DNA of 64,000 nucleotides from Escherichia coli (GTDB lineage Bacteria; Pseudomonadota; Gammaproteobacteria; Enterobacterales; Enterobacteriaceae): NCBI RefSeq assembly GCF_003991155.1, contig NZ_CP031297.1; one strand, 5' to 3'. Shown piece by piece: positions 63,169 to 64,000 of this stretch (position 1 is its first letter; each line of letters starts with the position of its first letter). The notes under the pieces were generated by a model. It saw only the letters and a program-made list of their open reading frames with translations, ran no database searches and was not told where the DNA came from. The position numbers and the translations under genes were made by a program.

Positions 63169-63726
63169 ATGTCTAACTTTGAACAAGCTCTGGAGCGTAC
63201 TGACGGTAAAACACTGATTCTCAGCAATGGGAGTAAGTGGGCAGGCCAAGACCCGGACAGTATTCAGACTTTACTGGATGTCCTGGGTGACAACGTTCTT
63301 GACCCGATGTTTGAGCAGTATCACTGTTATCGCCCATACCCGTTTGAACCAATGGTGAGGACGGGGCGAAATGGCGAAATGTTCCAGCCTTGGCTTGGGG
63401 CAGCCTGCTTCTTTGGGAACTTCCTGACTGTCTCTCATGTTTTCAACATCATCACGAAAGATGACGGTGTTGTTGAGGCCTTAACAGAGGCGATCCGGAA
63501 GAATATGGCGACTGAACAGTACCAGCAGAATGCCTATGAGCGTTATGCCGGTTGGTTCTACGCTGAAACCAGCGAAGGGTTAAGGCTAGTCTCTCCAAGT
63601 GAGGCTGCCGACATCCGAGCTGGCGCAGTTTCAAAGCTGCGTTACCCAAGAAACTTCGAGGTTATGAAAACTGCGGTTCTCAAAGGTCCTCGATTTGATA
63701 CTGAATTAAGCCGCAAGGCTTCTTAA
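63169..63726 (+). CDS. Hypothetical protein
   Basis: ATG at 63169 with AAAGGAA SD. Confidence 0.75.
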   Translation: MSNFEQALERTDGKTLILSNGSKWAGQDPDSIQTLLDVLGDNVLDPMFEQYHCYRPYPFEPMVRTGRNGEMFQPWLGAACFFGNFLTVSHVFNIITKDDGVVEALTEAIRKNMATEQYQQNAYERYAGWFYAETSEGLRLVSPSEAADIRAGAVSKLRYPRNFEVMKTAVLKGPRFDTELSRKAS

Positions 63727-63800
63727 CCCAAACATTAACCCCACGGGGGACATCGGTCCCTGAGGGGATGGTGTCTCCCTCTGAAATTAAGGAGATACCA

Positions 63801-64000
63801 ATGATTAAACAGCATTTTCAAAACGAACTGGTTAAGTGTGGATACCCGGATGATCTGACGATTGAGTACAGTCTCGGATACTGCCAGGGGGATGGCGTAG
63901 CCTTCTACGGGGATTTGAGCGTTGATGACGTCAAAGCTCTCATGAATCGCCTATTCAGCACTGAGCCCGGCCAAGTGGATGCTGTCAGCCGCGTGAAGAA
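63801..64000 (+). CDS. Hypothetical protein, 5' part (continues beyond window end)
   Basis: ATG with AAGGAG SD, preceded by the same AACCCC hairpin element. Confidence 0.6.
   Translation, partial: MIKQHFQNELVKCGYPDDLTIEYSLGYCQGDGVAFYGDLSVDDVKALMNRLFSTEPGQVDAVSRVK

Larger units (their letters stand above)
1..64000. mobile_element. Internal segment of an integrative conjugative element / conjugative genomic island (relaxase + T4SS + accessory arrays); element ends lie outside the window
   Basis: Co-linear relaxase, TraD-type coupling protein, VirB4/TraC-like ATPase, pilin-like, DsbC-like, TraF-like and TraU-like genes plus topB and ssb; no integrase or att site seen. Confidence 0.8.

Noticed and set aside
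40566-63785. Integron cassette array with attC sites, as an explanation for the intergenic repeats
   Set aside because: The elements lack the RYYYAAC/GTTRRRY core sites, they sit upstream of genes and run into the Shine-Dalgarno sequences, and no intI-like gene is present in the window.
40566-63785. CRISPR array
   Set aside because: Repeats are separated by kb-sized protein-coding genes rather than short uniform spacers, and the repeats are imperfect and structured like leaders and hairpins.
1-64000. tRNA, rRNA or tmRNA genes and an attachment site
   Set aside because: No cloverleaf-like or rRNA-like sequence was recognised by eye; a tRNA scan was not possible, so absence is not proven.

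Overview
This window looks like an internal segment of an integrative conjugative element or conjugative genomic island; no integrase, att site, tRNA, rRNA or CRISPR array was seen. All calls rest on reading the six-frame translations for motifs; no database search was run. Layout: (i) 1-6.9 kb, a partial N6-adenine methyltransferase on the minus strand, divergent from a plus-strand accessory operon that includes a Dcm-like C5-methyltransferase; (ii) 6.9-10.5 kb, minus-strand topoisomerase III and a lipoprotein; (iii) 10.6-38.8 kb, a large HD-motif relaxase, TraD-type coupling protein and a type IV secretion cluster (VirB4/TraC-like ATPase, pilin-like, DsbC-like, TraF-like, TraU-like, Cys-rich TraG/TraN-like), interrupted by a 1828-aa secreted Ig/PKD-like protein and an EAL-domain protein; (iv) 40.6-64 kb, a one-directional array of about 30 mostly small genes (ssb, recT, yqaJ-like, CobS/CobT-like pair, methyltransferases, YfaE-like ferredoxin, PAPS-reductase-like protein, YfbR-like nucleotidase) organised in seven units, each behind a conserved two-hairpin leader, with GC hairpins that pair with the Shine-Dalgarno region before nearly every gene. 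The most unusual single gene is a small membrane protein ending in a copy of the FtsZ C-terminal docking peptide. CDS starts were re-set from the ORF track to the first start codon with a plausible ribosome-binding site.
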